Positions 1 through 9,405 of a DNA stretch of 64,000 nucleotides are shown here, one piece after another. Under the pieces are notes generated by a model that saw only the letters and a program-made list of their open reading frames with translations, was not told the origin of the DNA and did not search any database. The stretch comes from a bacterium UBA2214. Its GTDB lineage: Bacteria > Zhuqueibacterota > Zhuqueibacteria > Residuimicrobiales > Residuimicrobiaceae. A program made the translations under genes and the position numbers. The stretch's first letter is position 1; every line of letters begins with the position of its first letter. The DNA lies in contig DCUM01000063.1 in NCBI GenBank assembly GCA_002327255.1, forward strand, positions 151-64,150, written 5' to 3'.

Positions 1-2
1 TT

Positions 3-935
3 TTCCGCTATGAACGGCCGCAGGCCGGGCGCTTTCGCCAGCATACCCAGTTCAACGTCGAAGCCTTTGGTGAACAGGATGCCGCCATCGACCTGGAGGT
101 GATGTCCGTGGCCTGGCAACTCTATGCCGAACTGGGGTTCCAGGGGCTGAAGTTTCAACTCAACAGCACCGGCTGCCCAGTCTGTCGTCCGCAATACATC
201 GATCAATTAAAACACTATTATCAGGGGCATGTGGCTGAAATCTGCCCGGACTGCAACCGCCGCCTCGAACGCAATGCGCTGCGCCTGCTCGATTGCAAGG
301 TACCCTCGTGCCAGCCCATCATCGCCGCGGCACCGGTGATCAGCGAGCACCTGTGCGAGGATTGTGCGACGCATTTCGGCCAGCTGCGTCAGCACCTCGA
401 TCTGCTCGAACGTCCTTATGCCATCAATCACAAACTGGTACGGGGGCTGGATTATTACACCAAGACGGTTTTTGAAGTCTGGGCGCAGGGCATCGGTTCC
501 CAGAACGCCATGTGCGGTGGCGGCCGCTACGACGGACTGATCGAACAACTGGGCGGGGAACCCACCCCCGGCATCGGTTTCGGTTCCGGCATTGAGCGCA
601 TCATCCTCAGCATGAAGGGACAGAACCTGCCGCCGCAAATCCTGCCCGCGCCGCAGATCGTCGTGGCCCATCTCGGCACCGATGCCGAAAAAGTGGCGGT
701 GGAGACGGTCTTCCGTTTGCGCGGCCACAAGATACCCGCGCTGATGTGTTTCGGCGACCGCAGTCTCAAATCCCAGATGCGGGAAGCCAACCGGCTCAAT
801 GCCCGTTTCATCATCATCCTGGCCGATCACGAGGTGGAGACGCACACCGTAACCATTAAAAACCTGCAAGATGGCAGTCAGGTGGAAATTAACCGGGCGG
901 ATGTGGTCGCCCATTTTGCCGCTGAGGCGCCTTGA
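3..935 (+). CDS. hisS: Histidine--tRNA ligase, C-terminal part. The gene is 5'-truncated by the window edge and the reading frame begins at nt 3.
   Basis: The translation contains class-II HisRS motifs: FRQHTQFNVEAFGEQDAAIDLEV (upstream of the listed M), RGLDYYT and GGGRYDGL. The ORF is open to the window start. Confidence 0.9.
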   Translation, partial: FRYERPQAGRFRQHTQFNVEAFGEQDAAIDLEVMSVAWQLYAELGFQGLKFQLNSTGCPVCRPQYIDQLKHYYQGHVAEICPDCNRRLERNALRLLDCKVPSCQPIIAAAPVISEHLCEDCATHFGQLRQHLDLLERPYAINHKLVRGLDYYTKTVFEVWAQGIGSQNAMCGGGRYDGLIEQLGGEPTPGIGFGSGIERIILSMKGQNLPPQILPAPQIVVAHLGTDAEKVAVETVFRLRGHKIPALMCFGDRSLKSQMREANRLNARFIIILADHEVETHTVTIKNLQDGSQVEINRADVVAHFAAEAP

Positions 936-949
936 GGATTTACCCTGTG

Positions 950-1735
950 ATGAATCCCTTATCCCGGCAGCATCTGAAAAATCTGCGGCAGCTGCAATTG
1001 AAAAAGGTCCGCGAAGAGACGCAACGCTTTTTGATCGAAGGCATGCGCCTCTGCGAGGAAGCGGCGGCAGCAGGCGCCTCCATAGAAGAAGCAGTGATCG
1101 ATCCGCAGGCGCTTCGCGGGGCCCGCGCGCAGAGACTGCTGGCGCGTCTTTCCAGTCAGGGGGTGCCCCTGTGGACAACGGATGCCATTGCTTTGCAGGC
1201 GTTGGCGGATACGCAGTCGCCGCAGGGCATCGTCGCCATCGTCCGCAAACAACCCGCAACCGACTTTGAACTGACTTCCTCCGCCGCTTCTTTGCTCCTG
1301 GCCCTGGAAGGCATCTCCGATCCCGGCAACCTCGGCACCATCCTGCGCAGCGCAGCCTGGTTTGGGGTCAACACGGTGCTTCTCAGTCAGAATGCGACGG
1401 AAAGCACCAATCCCAAGGTGCTGCGCAGCACCATGGGCGCGTTCTTTCACCTCGACATTCATGAGCAAATGGATTTCTCCGCACTGATAGCGGCCGCCGC
1501 AAGGGCGGGTTACCGCCTCATCGCCGCCGTGGCACAGGATGGTACACCCGCGCAGCAGTGGCGGCCCGGCAAGCGGGATATCTTGTTCATCGGCAGTGAA
1601 GCGCGCGGCTTGCCCGCCGAATGGATGGAGCAAATGAGTCTGCGCCTCACGATATCACGACACGGCGGCGGCGAATCGCTCAATGCCGCCATCGCCGCCA
1701 GTATTATGATGTATCAATGGTCCGTGGGCCAATAG
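950..1735 (+). CDS. TrmH/SpoU-family RNA 2'-O-methyltransferase
   Basis: SpoU-MTase motifs GNLGTILRSA and IGSEARGLP, with the C-terminal knot region SLNAAIAASI. The track start is TTG at 932; ATG at 950 avoids overlap with the hisS stop at 933-935. Confidence 0.8.
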   Translation: MNPLSRQHLKNLRQLQLKKVREETQRFLIEGMRLCEEAAAAGASIEEAVIDPQALRGARAQRLLARLSSQGVPLWTTDAIALQALADTQSPQGIVAIVRKQPATDFELTSSAASLLLALEGISDPGNLGTILRSAAWFGVNTVLLSQNATESTNPKVLRSTMGAFFHLDIHEQMDFSALIAAAARAGYRLIAAVAQDGTPAQQWRPGKRDILFIGSEARGLPAEWMEQMSLRLTISRHGGGESLNAAIAASIMMYQWSVGQ

Positions 1736-1747
1736 GACAGGAATGAT

Positions 1748-2584
1748 ATGGAACCCGAAAAATCGCTGCCATCGCATGTATTGAACATCAAGGATTTGTC
1801 GCAGGTGCTGCTGTTGACACTGGCGATGTTTGTGGCCAGCATTCTTTTCGGCGCCCTGATGATGTTCATCGCCGGCCCCCAATGGGCTCTCCTGGCCGAG
1901 GCGCTCTTGATCGTTCCCGCCATTCTGGTCGTGCGTCAGCGCCATATGCCCTTCAAACTCTCTTTCCGTTTCAATGCCGTCTCCTGGCCCACCCTCTTTT
2001 ACTCCTTCCTGATCATTTTCCCTGTGCTGGTGCTGGGAGACGAGATGGACCGGCTGCTGAATATCGTGTTTCCGTTGCCCAACTGGTTTGATGTGCGTGA
2101 ACTCCTGGCGATCCGCTCCCTGAGCGATGGCGTGCTGATCGTCGGCAACGGTGTGATCATCGCCGCCCTCGCCGAGGAGATGCTCTTCCGCGGCATGATT
2201 CAACAGACCTTCGAATTTCACCGCGATACCGCGACGGCCATCGTCATATCGGCGATATTGTTCGCGATCCTGCATTTCAATCCCTGGTGGATGATACAAA
2301 TCACCATCCTCGGGCTGGTTCTCGGCTATATGGCGTGGAAGAGCGCCAGCATCTGGCCGACGGTGCTGCTGCATGGCATCAACAATCTGCTGTCAATTAT
2401 CAGTGCCAACACGGCGGAAGCAAAACTGTCGTGGTACGCCTCCGCGGTGCACGTGCACTGGTACTGGCTGGTTTTGGCCGGCCTGGTCGTCATTCCAGCC
2501 TTCAGGGGCTTTAACCACGCCTGCGAAAAAATGCATGCGCGTCAAGAGAGAGAGATTCAGCAAGGAGGTTTTTGTGAAAAATAA
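1748..2584 (+). CDS. CPBP-family (CAAX/Abi) intramembrane metalloprotease
   Basis: Multi-TM protein with the EEMLFRG motif and the FAILHF and HGINN histidine motifs typical of the CPBP family. Confidence 0.75.
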   Translation: MEPEKSLPSHVLNIKDLSQVLLLTLAMFVASILFGALMMFIAGPQWALLAEALLIVPAILVVRQRHMPFKLSFRFNAVSWPTLFYSFLIIFPVLVLGDEMDRLLNIVFPLPNWFDVRELLAIRSLSDGVLIVGNGVIIAALAEEMLFRGMIQQTFEFHRDTATAIVISAILFAILHFNPWWMIQITILGLVLGYMAWKSASIWPTVLLHGINNLLSIISANTAEAKLSWYASAVHVHWYWLVLAGLVVIPAFRGFNHACEKMHARQEREIQQGGFCEK

Positions 2585-4106
2585 CATACCCCGGGTCCGC
2601 ATAGGTATGATTCAATCCGCCGATGAAATCCACTTCGGCTGTGACAGCACCTTCACCGTTTTTTCGCTCGGCGGTGAAAAAGTCGCGACGGGACTCGCCG
2701 GACAAAACTATACCGTGGGGGCTGATCATTGCAAGCCGTCGCAGATATTCTATTGTGTCCGCCTCGCCATTGCCATCACCGAAGCGGAGAAGAAACGCCG
2801 CCAGGAAGAATTGGCGCAGCGGGGCATTGCGACGACGGCGTGGCGCCCGGGCGTCGTGCTTTCCCTGGGCGGTGGCGACATGGACAACCGCGAGTACTGG
2901 ATGGTCACGGAGCCCTTTGCCGATGAAAACGCCGCCCGCGAGTACGCACGTACCTATGAGCCGATTGGCGAGGCGGTGGTCGTCAAGGATATTATCAGAA
3001 AATCTTCGGGCACCCTCCTCTTTGGCCAGCATCGCCTCGAAAACGGTTTGCGGATCGTAGCGGACAAAGCGGAGGCGTTGCTGCAATTACACGACGTCAC
3101 GGTCGGCATCGAATTCCATTGGCAACACAAGCGGACGCAGCTCATCCCCGGCGTGCTGGAAATCAACCTCAATAATGCCGGCCATCTGCAGGCCATCAAT
3201 GAACTGGACATTGAATCCTATTTGATGAGTGTCAACTCTTCGGAGATGACCAAAGACAATCCCATCGAACTGCTCAAAGCGCAGACCATTGCCGCGCGCA
3301 GCACCATCCTCGCCACCATGGGCAAGCACCACTATGATGAAAATTTTCATATCTGCTCCGATGACCACTGCCAGTGTTATCATGGTGTGGGCAATATTTC
3401 GCAGGCTTCGCGCCAGGCCGCCCATGACACCCTGGGCGAGAATCTGCTGCATGACGGCCGCGTCTGCGACGCCCGCTATGCAAAAATTTGCGGCGGCATC
3501 ATGGAAGATTACCGCGACATCTGGGATCATCGCGAAATCCCCTATCTGGTTCCCGGCAGCGACGGCCGCGAAAACATGACGTATCCGCTTCGGGATGAGC
3601 AACAGGTCAAAGACTACATCGACAGCTCCCCGGATGTATGGTGCAATACACAAAAATACGAAATTCCCTCTTCGCTTCCCTACAATACGCGGGAGCTGTT
3701 TCGCTGGAAAGTCAGCTATGAACGCGAGGAGCTGGAAGCGCTTATCAGCCGCCGCCTCGATGAGAACTTTGGCGACCTCATCGACATCATCCCCGGAGAC
3801 CGGGCGCCGGGCGGCCGCCTCATTTACATGGATGTGGTCGGCAGCAAGCGCACCTTGCGCGTGGGAAAAGAGTTGATGATTCGCCGCGCCCTCTCCGAGA
3901 GCCATCTCTATAGCGCCTGTTTCTATATCGAGCGGGCCTATGATGCGGCCGGCAAGATCACCCATTTCCATCTCATCGGCGCCGGGTGGGGGCATGGCGT
4001 GGGCTTGTGCCAGGTCGGGGCCACGGTCATGGCCCAGCAGGGCTTCGATTACAGGGCGATTCTTGCGCACTATTATAAAAACAGCAAACTGGAAAAACTC
4101 TATTAA
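2574..4106 (+). CDS. SpoIID/LytB-domain protein (amidase-enhancer family)
   Basis: C-terminal GWGHGVGLCQVGATVMAQQG motif of SpoIID. GTG at 2574 lies 6 nt after an AAGGAGG Shine-Dalgarno site at 2562-2568. The upstream part of the track ORF (2373-2573) overlaps the CPBP gene and is probably not translated. Confidence 0.8.
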   Translation: MKNNIPRVRIGMIQSADEIHFGCDSTFTVFSLGGEKVATGLAGQNYTVGADHCKPSQIFYCVRLAIAITEAEKKRRQEELAQRGIATTAWRPGVVLSLGGGDMDNREYWMVTEPFADENAAREYARTYEPIGEAVVVKDIIRKSSGTLLFGQHRLENGLRIVADKAEALLQLHDVTVGIEFHWQHKRTQLIPGVLEINLNNAGHLQAINELDIESYLMSVNSSEMTKDNPIELLKAQTIAARSTILATMGKHHYDENFHICSDDHCQCYHGVGNISQASRQAAHDTLGENLLHDGRVCDARYAKICGGIMEDYRDIWDHREIPYLVPGSDGRENMTYPLRDEQQVKDYIDSSPDVWCNTQKYEIPSSLPYNTRELFRWKVSYEREELEALISRRLDENFGDLIDIIPGDRAPGGRLIYMDVVGSKRTLRVGKELMIRRALSESHLYSACFYIERAYDAAGKITHFHLIGAGWGHGVGLCQVGATVMAQQGFDYRAILAHYYKNSKLEKLY

Positions 4107-4188
4107 AAACTTTCCGCACTCTGTGCGTGTTGTTGCTATAATCTCATAGTCAACCACAATCAGATACGACCAGAGGCCGCGGAACTGT

Positions 4189-4548
4189 ATGAAAATAATC
4201 ATTTACAACGACGAACTCCGTTCCGGCATGCAAATGTACCTCGCTCTCAGCAACCATCATGAAGTAACCGTAGCACAAGATGTAGAAGATCTGCTCGAAT
4301 TACTGGATCAAGCTGCGGCCGATATGACGATCATGGGTTTGGCATCCTCTGACCAGGGTGAACGTATATCTGACAGTCTGGACATCGCCCAGCAAATTCA
4401 GAACCAACATCCCCATGTCAAAGTGATCGGAATTTACGACCAGGGCGACAACAGGGTTGCCGAAGAAGCGCGCAGCCATGGCATCGATGAACTCATCACC
4501 CGTCCCATTAAAAACCGGGAGTTGCTCGGACTCATAGAGAGAGAATAG
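4189..4548 (+). CDS. Stand-alone receiver-like (REC-like) domain protein, possibly a pseudo-receiver
   Basis: About 119 aa with a beta1-like MKIIIYNDE and a C-terminal ITRPIKNRELL (KPF-like), but the phospho-acceptor position appears to be Gly (DMTIMG). The gene looks lower in GC than its neighbours and has its own flanking promoter-like and terminator sequences. Confidence 0.5.
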   Translation: MKIIIYNDELRSGMQMYLALSNHHEVTVAQDVEDLLELLDQAAADMTIMGLASSDQGERISDSLDIAQQIQNQHPHVKVIGIYDQGDNRVAEEARSHGIDELITRPIKNRELLGLIERE

Positions 4549-4582
4549 CGTTCTGTTCATTACGGTGGGTTGCAACCCAGGA

Positions 4583-4621
4583 ACAGGCCTAGTTGGATGA
4601 CCAATCGGCCTGTTTTTTTTT
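4583..4621 (+). terminator. Rho-independent terminator
   Basis: ACAGGCC...GGCCTGT stem followed by T9. It is preceded by the perfect palindrome GGGTTGCAACCC at 4566-4577. Confidence 0.65.
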
Positions 4622-4680
4622 ACAAACCTGTTGCATCTGATTCACAGAGGCTGTAATTTAAGTGAAAAAGAGATGGGGAT

Positions 4681-6291
4681 ATGAGCATAGAAGTCGATTA
4701 TTTAATCATTGGCAGCGGCATTGCCGGGCTCTCTGCGGCCCTGAAACTGGCGCCACATGGCACCGTGGCCATCGTCACCAAAAAACATCAATCCGAATCC
4801 AACACCAATTATGCACAGGGCGGCATCGCTTCGGTATTTGATCAGAGCGATTCCTTCGAAAAACACGTTCAGGATACACTGCAAGCGGGCGCGGGGCTCT
4901 GTCATGAAGAGGCCGTCCGTTTGATCGTTGAACAGGGCCCGGCCCGGGTGGAGGAACTCTTTGCATTGGGTGTTCCTTTCACCAAAACCCAAAACGGTCA
5001 GTTTGACCTCGGCCGCGAAGGAGGCCATCGCTTCAATCGCATTGTCCATGTCAAGGATCATACCGGCCGCGATGTCGAAAAGGCTCTTCTGGACGCGGCA
5101 CGCGCCAACGCCAACATCACGATCCATGAACATCACATGGCGGTCGAGTTGATAACCGAACACCACGTCTTCAACGCCCGGCCCGCCACCGATTTCGCGC
5201 CCAACTGCTGGGGTGCCTACGTGCTCGATATCAATGGGCACAAAATAGATCGCTTCCTCGCCAAAGCCACTATCCTGGCAGCCGGTGGCTGCGGGCAGGT
5301 CTATTTGCATACCACCAACCCTTCCATCGCCACCGGGGACGGCATCGCCTTTGCCTATCGCGCCGGCGCCAAAATCGCCAATATGGAATTCATGCAATTC
5401 CACCCCACTACCCTCTATCACGAGAGCGCCAATTCCTTTTTGATCTCGGAAGCGGTGCGCGGTTTCGGCGGCAGGCTGGTGCACAAGGACGGGGAATCGT
5501 TCATGGAGAAATATCACGACATGGCCTCTCTGGCGCCCCGCGACATCGTTGCTCGCGCCATCGATTCCGAATTAAAAAAAAGGGGGGTCCCCTGTGTCTA
5601 TCTCGACATCACCCACAAAAAAGCCGATGACATTATCAACCGCTTCCCGCACATCTATGAAAATTGCCTTAATTACCGCATCGACATCACCCGGGAACCC
5701 ATTCCCGTCGTCCCGGCGGCTCATTATTCCTGCGGCGGCGTCATGACCGATCTCGCCGGCCGGAGTTCGGTGGAAGGCCTGTTCGCCTGCGGGGAAGTGA
5801 CGTGCAGCGGCGTTCACGGCGCCAATCGACTCGCCTCCAACTCGCTGTTGGAAGCCGTTGTCTTTGCCCACACAGCCAGCCTGCAGGCGATCGCGTTTGT
5901 AAAAAATCGCAAAATGACGGCCCCGCCCATTCCGCGCTGGGACGACAGCGGCACCTTCGACCAGGAGGAGTGGGTGCTCATCTCCCATGATAAAATGGAA
6001 ATCAAGAATATCATGTGGGATTATGTCGGGATTGTACGCTCCAACCTGCGGCTCGAAAGGGCACTGAGCCGCATTCGCCTCATCCGTCAGGAAATTGAAA
6101 ACTATTACAAACGCACCCAGATCACCGAGGAGCTGCTGGAATTGCGCAATCTCGCCACAGTGGCGCAACTGATCATCCAGTCGGCCCTGATGCGCAAAGA
6201 GAGCCGGGGACTGCATTATACCACCGATTACCCCAAAACAGATGATGAGAACTATTTGCACGACACGATTCTCCAGCGCATTGACATCTGA
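4681..6291 (+). CDS. nadB: L-aspartate oxidase
   Basis: FAD dinucleotide fold IIGSGIAGLSAAL. 536 aa, with fumarate-reductase/succinate-dehydrogenase flavoprotein family motifs and a length typical of NadB. Confidence 0.8.
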   Translation: MSIEVDYLIIGSGIAGLSAALKLAPHGTVAIVTKKHQSESNTNYAQGGIASVFDQSDSFEKHVQDTLQAGAGLCHEEAVRLIVEQGPARVEELFALGVPFTKTQNGQFDLGREGGHRFNRIVHVKDHTGRDVEKALLDAARANANITIHEHHMAVELITEHHVFNARPATDFAPNCWGAYVLDINGHKIDRFLAKATILAAGGCGQVYLHTTNPSIATGDGIAFAYRAGAKIANMEFMQFHPTTLYHESANSFLISEAVRGFGGRLVHKDGESFMEKYHDMASLAPRDIVARAIDSELKKRGVPCVYLDITHKKADDIINRFPHIYENCLNYRIDITREPIPVVPAAHYSCGGVMTDLAGRSSVEGLFACGEVTCSGVHGANRLASNSLLEAVVFAHTASLQAIAFVKNRKMTAPPIPRWDDSGTFDQEEWVLISHDKMEIKNIMWDYVGIVRSNLRLERALSRIRLIRQEIENYYKRTQITEELLELRNLATVAQLIIQSALMRKESRGLHYTTDYPKTDDENYLHDTILQRIDI

Positions 6292-6322
6292 TGCGCCGGC
6301 TTAATCCTGCTGGAGTCCGACC

Positions 6323-7462
6323 ATGATCATTTCAAAAATTGATGTTCGCGCCTTCAAGTCGATTCTGGAACTCTCATTGTCCCTGGATCCACACATCAAT
6401 GTGCTCATCGGCGCCAATGAGAGCGGTAAAACCAACATCCTCAAGTCCATTGAGGCCTTTCGCGAAAAAATCCACCTGGACGGATCATTGACCTGCCAAT
6501 ATTCCAATCAGTACTACCTGGCCAAAGCACCCGAGTTGACGATGGAATTCAGCGGCTTGTCCAAGGAAAACCGTCGCGTATTGATGCAACTTTCCGAAGC
6601 CTTCAAGGATGTCGAACATTTTCAAATCCGTCGCGATGGGCCAACCCTGAAAGACTATCATCTCACGATCAATGGCAATAAAGTGGAATCCATCGATATA
6701 TCGCGTGTGCTGCATGTGCTGCCTAAAATTCTCTATTTTGCGGATATTCGTCTGCTCAAAAACCGCGTCGATTACGAAAATCTCATCGCCAACCAGCCCG
6801 ACTGCGCCACCGAACGAAACCTGTTGAAAATCGGCGGCATCGACACCTATGAAGTGATCTTTGAGGACACCGCGCGGGGCCGACGCGCCCTCGAAGAGGC
6901 GAGCCGGATCATCACCGAACAGCTGCGCCGCGTCTGGTCGCAGGAACCCTCCATCGAAGTCAAACTCAATGTCAACGGCCGCGCTTTATATATCGATTTC
7001 AGCGACAGCACCACCGTTTTCGACACCCCCGAATCCCGCAGCCTCGGCTTCCGCTGGTATCTCTCTTTTTACGTCAATTTTCTGGCACAGACGTTTGAGG
7101 CGCAAGCCAATGAATTCATCTTTTTGATCGATGAGCCGGGCATCCACCTCCATCCCTCCGGACAGAAAGATCTGGTCAAGGTGCTGGAAGACCTGGCGTT
7201 AAAAAATCAGGTGATCTATACGACACACTCGCCCTTCATGATCGATCGCCAATTCCCGGAACGGGTGGTCTTGGTGAAAAAGGATAAAAATGGAACGCAT
7301 GTCGATCATTCGTCCTACCGGGAGAACTGGAAACCCTTGCGCGACGAGATTGGCCTGCGCGTAGGCGATCTTTTCTTTTTCAGTGACACGAGTCTGATCC
7401 TCGAATTGCCGACCAGAAAATCGGGGTTTTTGGAAAAACTCAAGGGCAAATCGGCCGAATAA
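6323..7462 (+). CDS. AAA15/ABC-type ATPase resembling the OLD-family N-terminal ATPase domain, with no nuclease domain
   Basis: Walker A GANESGKT, an ABC-signature/Q-loop-like SLGFRWYLSFY, and Walker B/D-loop FIFLIDEPGIHLHP. 379 aa with no Toprim or HNH partner nearby. Confidence 0.75.
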   Translation: MIISKIDVRAFKSILELSLSLDPHINVLIGANESGKTNILKSIEAFREKIHLDGSLTCQYSNQYYLAKAPELTMEFSGLSKENRRVLMQLSEAFKDVEHFQIRRDGPTLKDYHLTINGNKVESIDISRVLHVLPKILYFADIRLLKNRVDYENLIANQPDCATERNLLKIGGIDTYEVIFEDTARGRRALEEASRIITEQLRRVWSQEPSIEVKLNVNGRALYIDFSDSTTVFDTPESRSLGFRWYLSFYVNFLAQTFEAQANEFIFLIDEPGIHLHPSGQKDLVKVLEDLALKNQVIYTTHSPFMIDRQFPERVVLVKKDKNGTHVDHSSYRENWKPLRDEIGLRVGDLFFFSDTSLILELPTRKSGFLEKLKGKSAE

Positions 7463-7493
7463 ACCGTTTGAACGCTCAGGGGATTACCCAACC

Positions 7494-8639
7494 ATGAAAA
7501 TTGCACTCATCGGCCCGGCCTATCCCCTGCGCGGCGGCATCGCGCATTTTACGGCCTTGCTGGCGCGCGCGCTGCAGACGCGTGGACATCGCGTCCGGAT
7601 ATTCTCCTTCACGAGGATGTACCCCGGGCTGCTCTTCCCGGGCAAGACGCAATACGATACCAGCCAGGAAACCCTGCCGGTCGAGAGCGTGGCTACCCTG
7701 GATTCGATCAATCCGTTTTCCTGGCGCCGCACCGGCGCCATCGTGAGCGCCTGGAACCCGGATGCGGTGATTTTTAAATACTGGATGCCTTTCTTTGCGC
7801 CAGCCTATGCCTGTGTCGCGCGACAGATACGCAAACGCTGCAACGCCCGCATCATTTTTCTGTGCCACAATATCCTCCCCCACGAAAGACACACCGGGAT
7901 GGCTTTTCTGACCCGTGCCGGACTCGGCACGGCCGACCACTTTATCGTCATGTCCGATGCGGTGCAAGCGCAACTCCTCTCCTTTTTCCCGCAAGCCTCC
8001 TTCGCCAGGGTCCCCCATCCGGTCTATGAATTTTTCACCATTACCACGACCAAAGAAGCGGCACGGACGCAGCTTGGACTGGGCGAAGGCCGCATTGTGC
8101 TCTTTTTCGGCTATGTGCGCAAATACAAAGGTCTCTCGGTTTTGCTCGATGCTTTTGCCCTGGCGAGAACCCGTATGCCCATGAAACTGATTGTCGCGGG
8201 TGAAATCTATGGTGATAAAGCCGAATATGAAGATAAAATCGCGGCCCATCACTTGCAGGAGGATGTGCAACTTCTCGACCAATATATCGCCAACGAACAG
8301 GTCGGCTTGTACTATGCCGCGTCCGATGTGGTTGCTCTGCCCTATCTCTCCGCCACCCAGAGCGGAATCGTGCAGGTCTGCTACCAGTTCAATAAACCGG
8401 TCATCGCCACCGATGTCGGCGGCCTGCCGGAAGTGGTCGAGGATGGCCGCACCGGATTCGTCGTGCCCGCCGGGGACGCACACGCCTTCGCCGATGCCCT
8501 GGTACGGTTTTATGCGGAAAATCGTGAGCGCGATTTTTCGCAACAGATAGAACAGATCAAGGAACGCTATTCCTGGGCGCATCTGGTTGAATCGATCGAA
8601 AAGCTGTTGCGTGAGCGGGCAAATGGCACTGGCGCATAA
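7494..8639 (+). CDS. Glycosyltransferase family 1 (GT4-type)
   Basis: GT-B C-terminal motif EVVEDGRTGFVVP and FGYVRKYKG. Confidence 0.8.
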   Translation: MKIALIGPAYPLRGGIAHFTALLARALQTRGHRVRIFSFTRMYPGLLFPGKTQYDTSQETLPVESVATLDSINPFSWRRTGAIVSAWNPDAVIFKYWMPFFAPAYACVARQIRKRCNARIIFLCHNILPHERHTGMAFLTRAGLGTADHFIVMSDAVQAQLLSFFPQASFARVPHPVYEFFTITTTKEAARTQLGLGEGRIVLFFGYVRKYKGLSVLLDAFALARTRMPMKLIVAGEIYGDKAEYEDKIAAHHLQEDVQLLDQYIANEQVGLYYAASDVVALPYLSATQSGIVQVCYQFNKPVIATDVGGLPEVVEDGRTGFVVPAGDAHAFADALVRFYAENRERDFSQQIEQIKERYSWAHLVESIEKLLRERANGTGA

Positions 8640-9405
8640 AGAAAAATATTGGCAGTATCAATATCAGCTCGGCGCGCAATATCTCGTCCCCCTGTTGCGC
8701 CGCTGGGGCCTGCCGCCACAGGAGATGCGCCTTCTCGACATTGGCTGCGCCGAAGCCGGCGTTCTCCAGGCGCTCTGCGAAGCAGGGGCTGAGGGTGTGG
8801 GGCTGGAAATCAGCCCCAGCCGTTTATTCCTGGCGCAAAAATTCACGGCCGCCTCACCCCGTCCTCCCGCTCTGCTGGCGGGTGATTTTTTTCATCTGCC
8901 GCTCAAAGCGACGCACAAGCCCTTCACGCTGATCATGCTGCGCGATGTCTTTGAACATTTGCCGGATAAAGAGCACGCCTTTGCGGCACTGGCAGGCTTG
9001 ATGGCCGGGGAGACGCATCTGTTGCTCACCTTCCCGCCATTCTATTCGCCGTTCGGCGGCCATCAACAGATGTTGCAAAGCGCCCTGCGCCGGATCCCCT
9101 GGTTTCACGCTCTGCCGAAACCGCTGTGGCGGCTTGTGCAGTGCACGATCAACAAATACGACGCCAATGCCGCTTTTTTACACGAGATGAACAAGCTGCG
9201 CGATAACCGCGTCTCCATCGGCCTCATCAAGCGGCTGGCGCGCCGGCACAACCTGCTCATTGCCGCGGAACAATATTATCTCAGCCGCCCCAGCTACAAA
9301 CTGCGCTACGGCTGGCCGGTCATCCCCGCCCATTTTCTGGGCCGGGTGCCGCTTCTGCGTGAACTCTTCATAACCGGGGCTGCAATCCTGCTGCGAAAAC
9401 CATGA
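8623..9405 (+). CDS. Class I SAM-dependent methyltransferase
   Basis: LLDIGCAEAGVL motif I. ATG at 8623 overlaps the GT1 end by 17 nt; the track start at 8587 is an alternative. Confidence 0.7.
   Translation: MALAHKEKYWQYQYQLGAQYLVPLLRRWGLPPQEMRLLDIGCAEAGVLQALCEAGAEGVGLEISPSRLFLAQKFTAASPRPPALLAGDFFHLPLKATHKPFTLIMLRDVFEHLPDKEHAFAALAGLMAGETHLLLTFPPFYSPFGGHQQMLQSALRRIPWFHALPKPLWRLVQCTINKYDANAAFLHEMNKLRDNRVSIGLIKRLARRHNLLIAAEQYYLSRPSYKLRYGWPVIPAHFLGRVPLLRELFITGAAILLRKP

Noticed and set aside
2373-2573. Upstream extension of the SpoIID ORF in the track (the track gives 577 aa starting at 2373).
   Set aside because: It overlaps the 3' end of the CPBP protease gene in another frame. A strong AAGGAGG Shine-Dalgarno site plus GTG at 2574 gives the expected SpoIID length.
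3087-4202. 371-aa minus-strand ORF overlapping the SpoIID gene, and many similar long antisense ORFs (for example 207-1259, 4702-5517, 7476-8582, 9306-10208, 12156-12962, 33981-35117, 37046-38197, 39054-39998, 45222-46178, 55626-57020, 56999-58132, 58444-59430 and 60049-61011).
   Set aside because: These are shadow ORFs, typical of high-GC DNA. Each lies opposite or out of frame to a gene with clear family motifs, and none has a recognisable domain or plausible start context.
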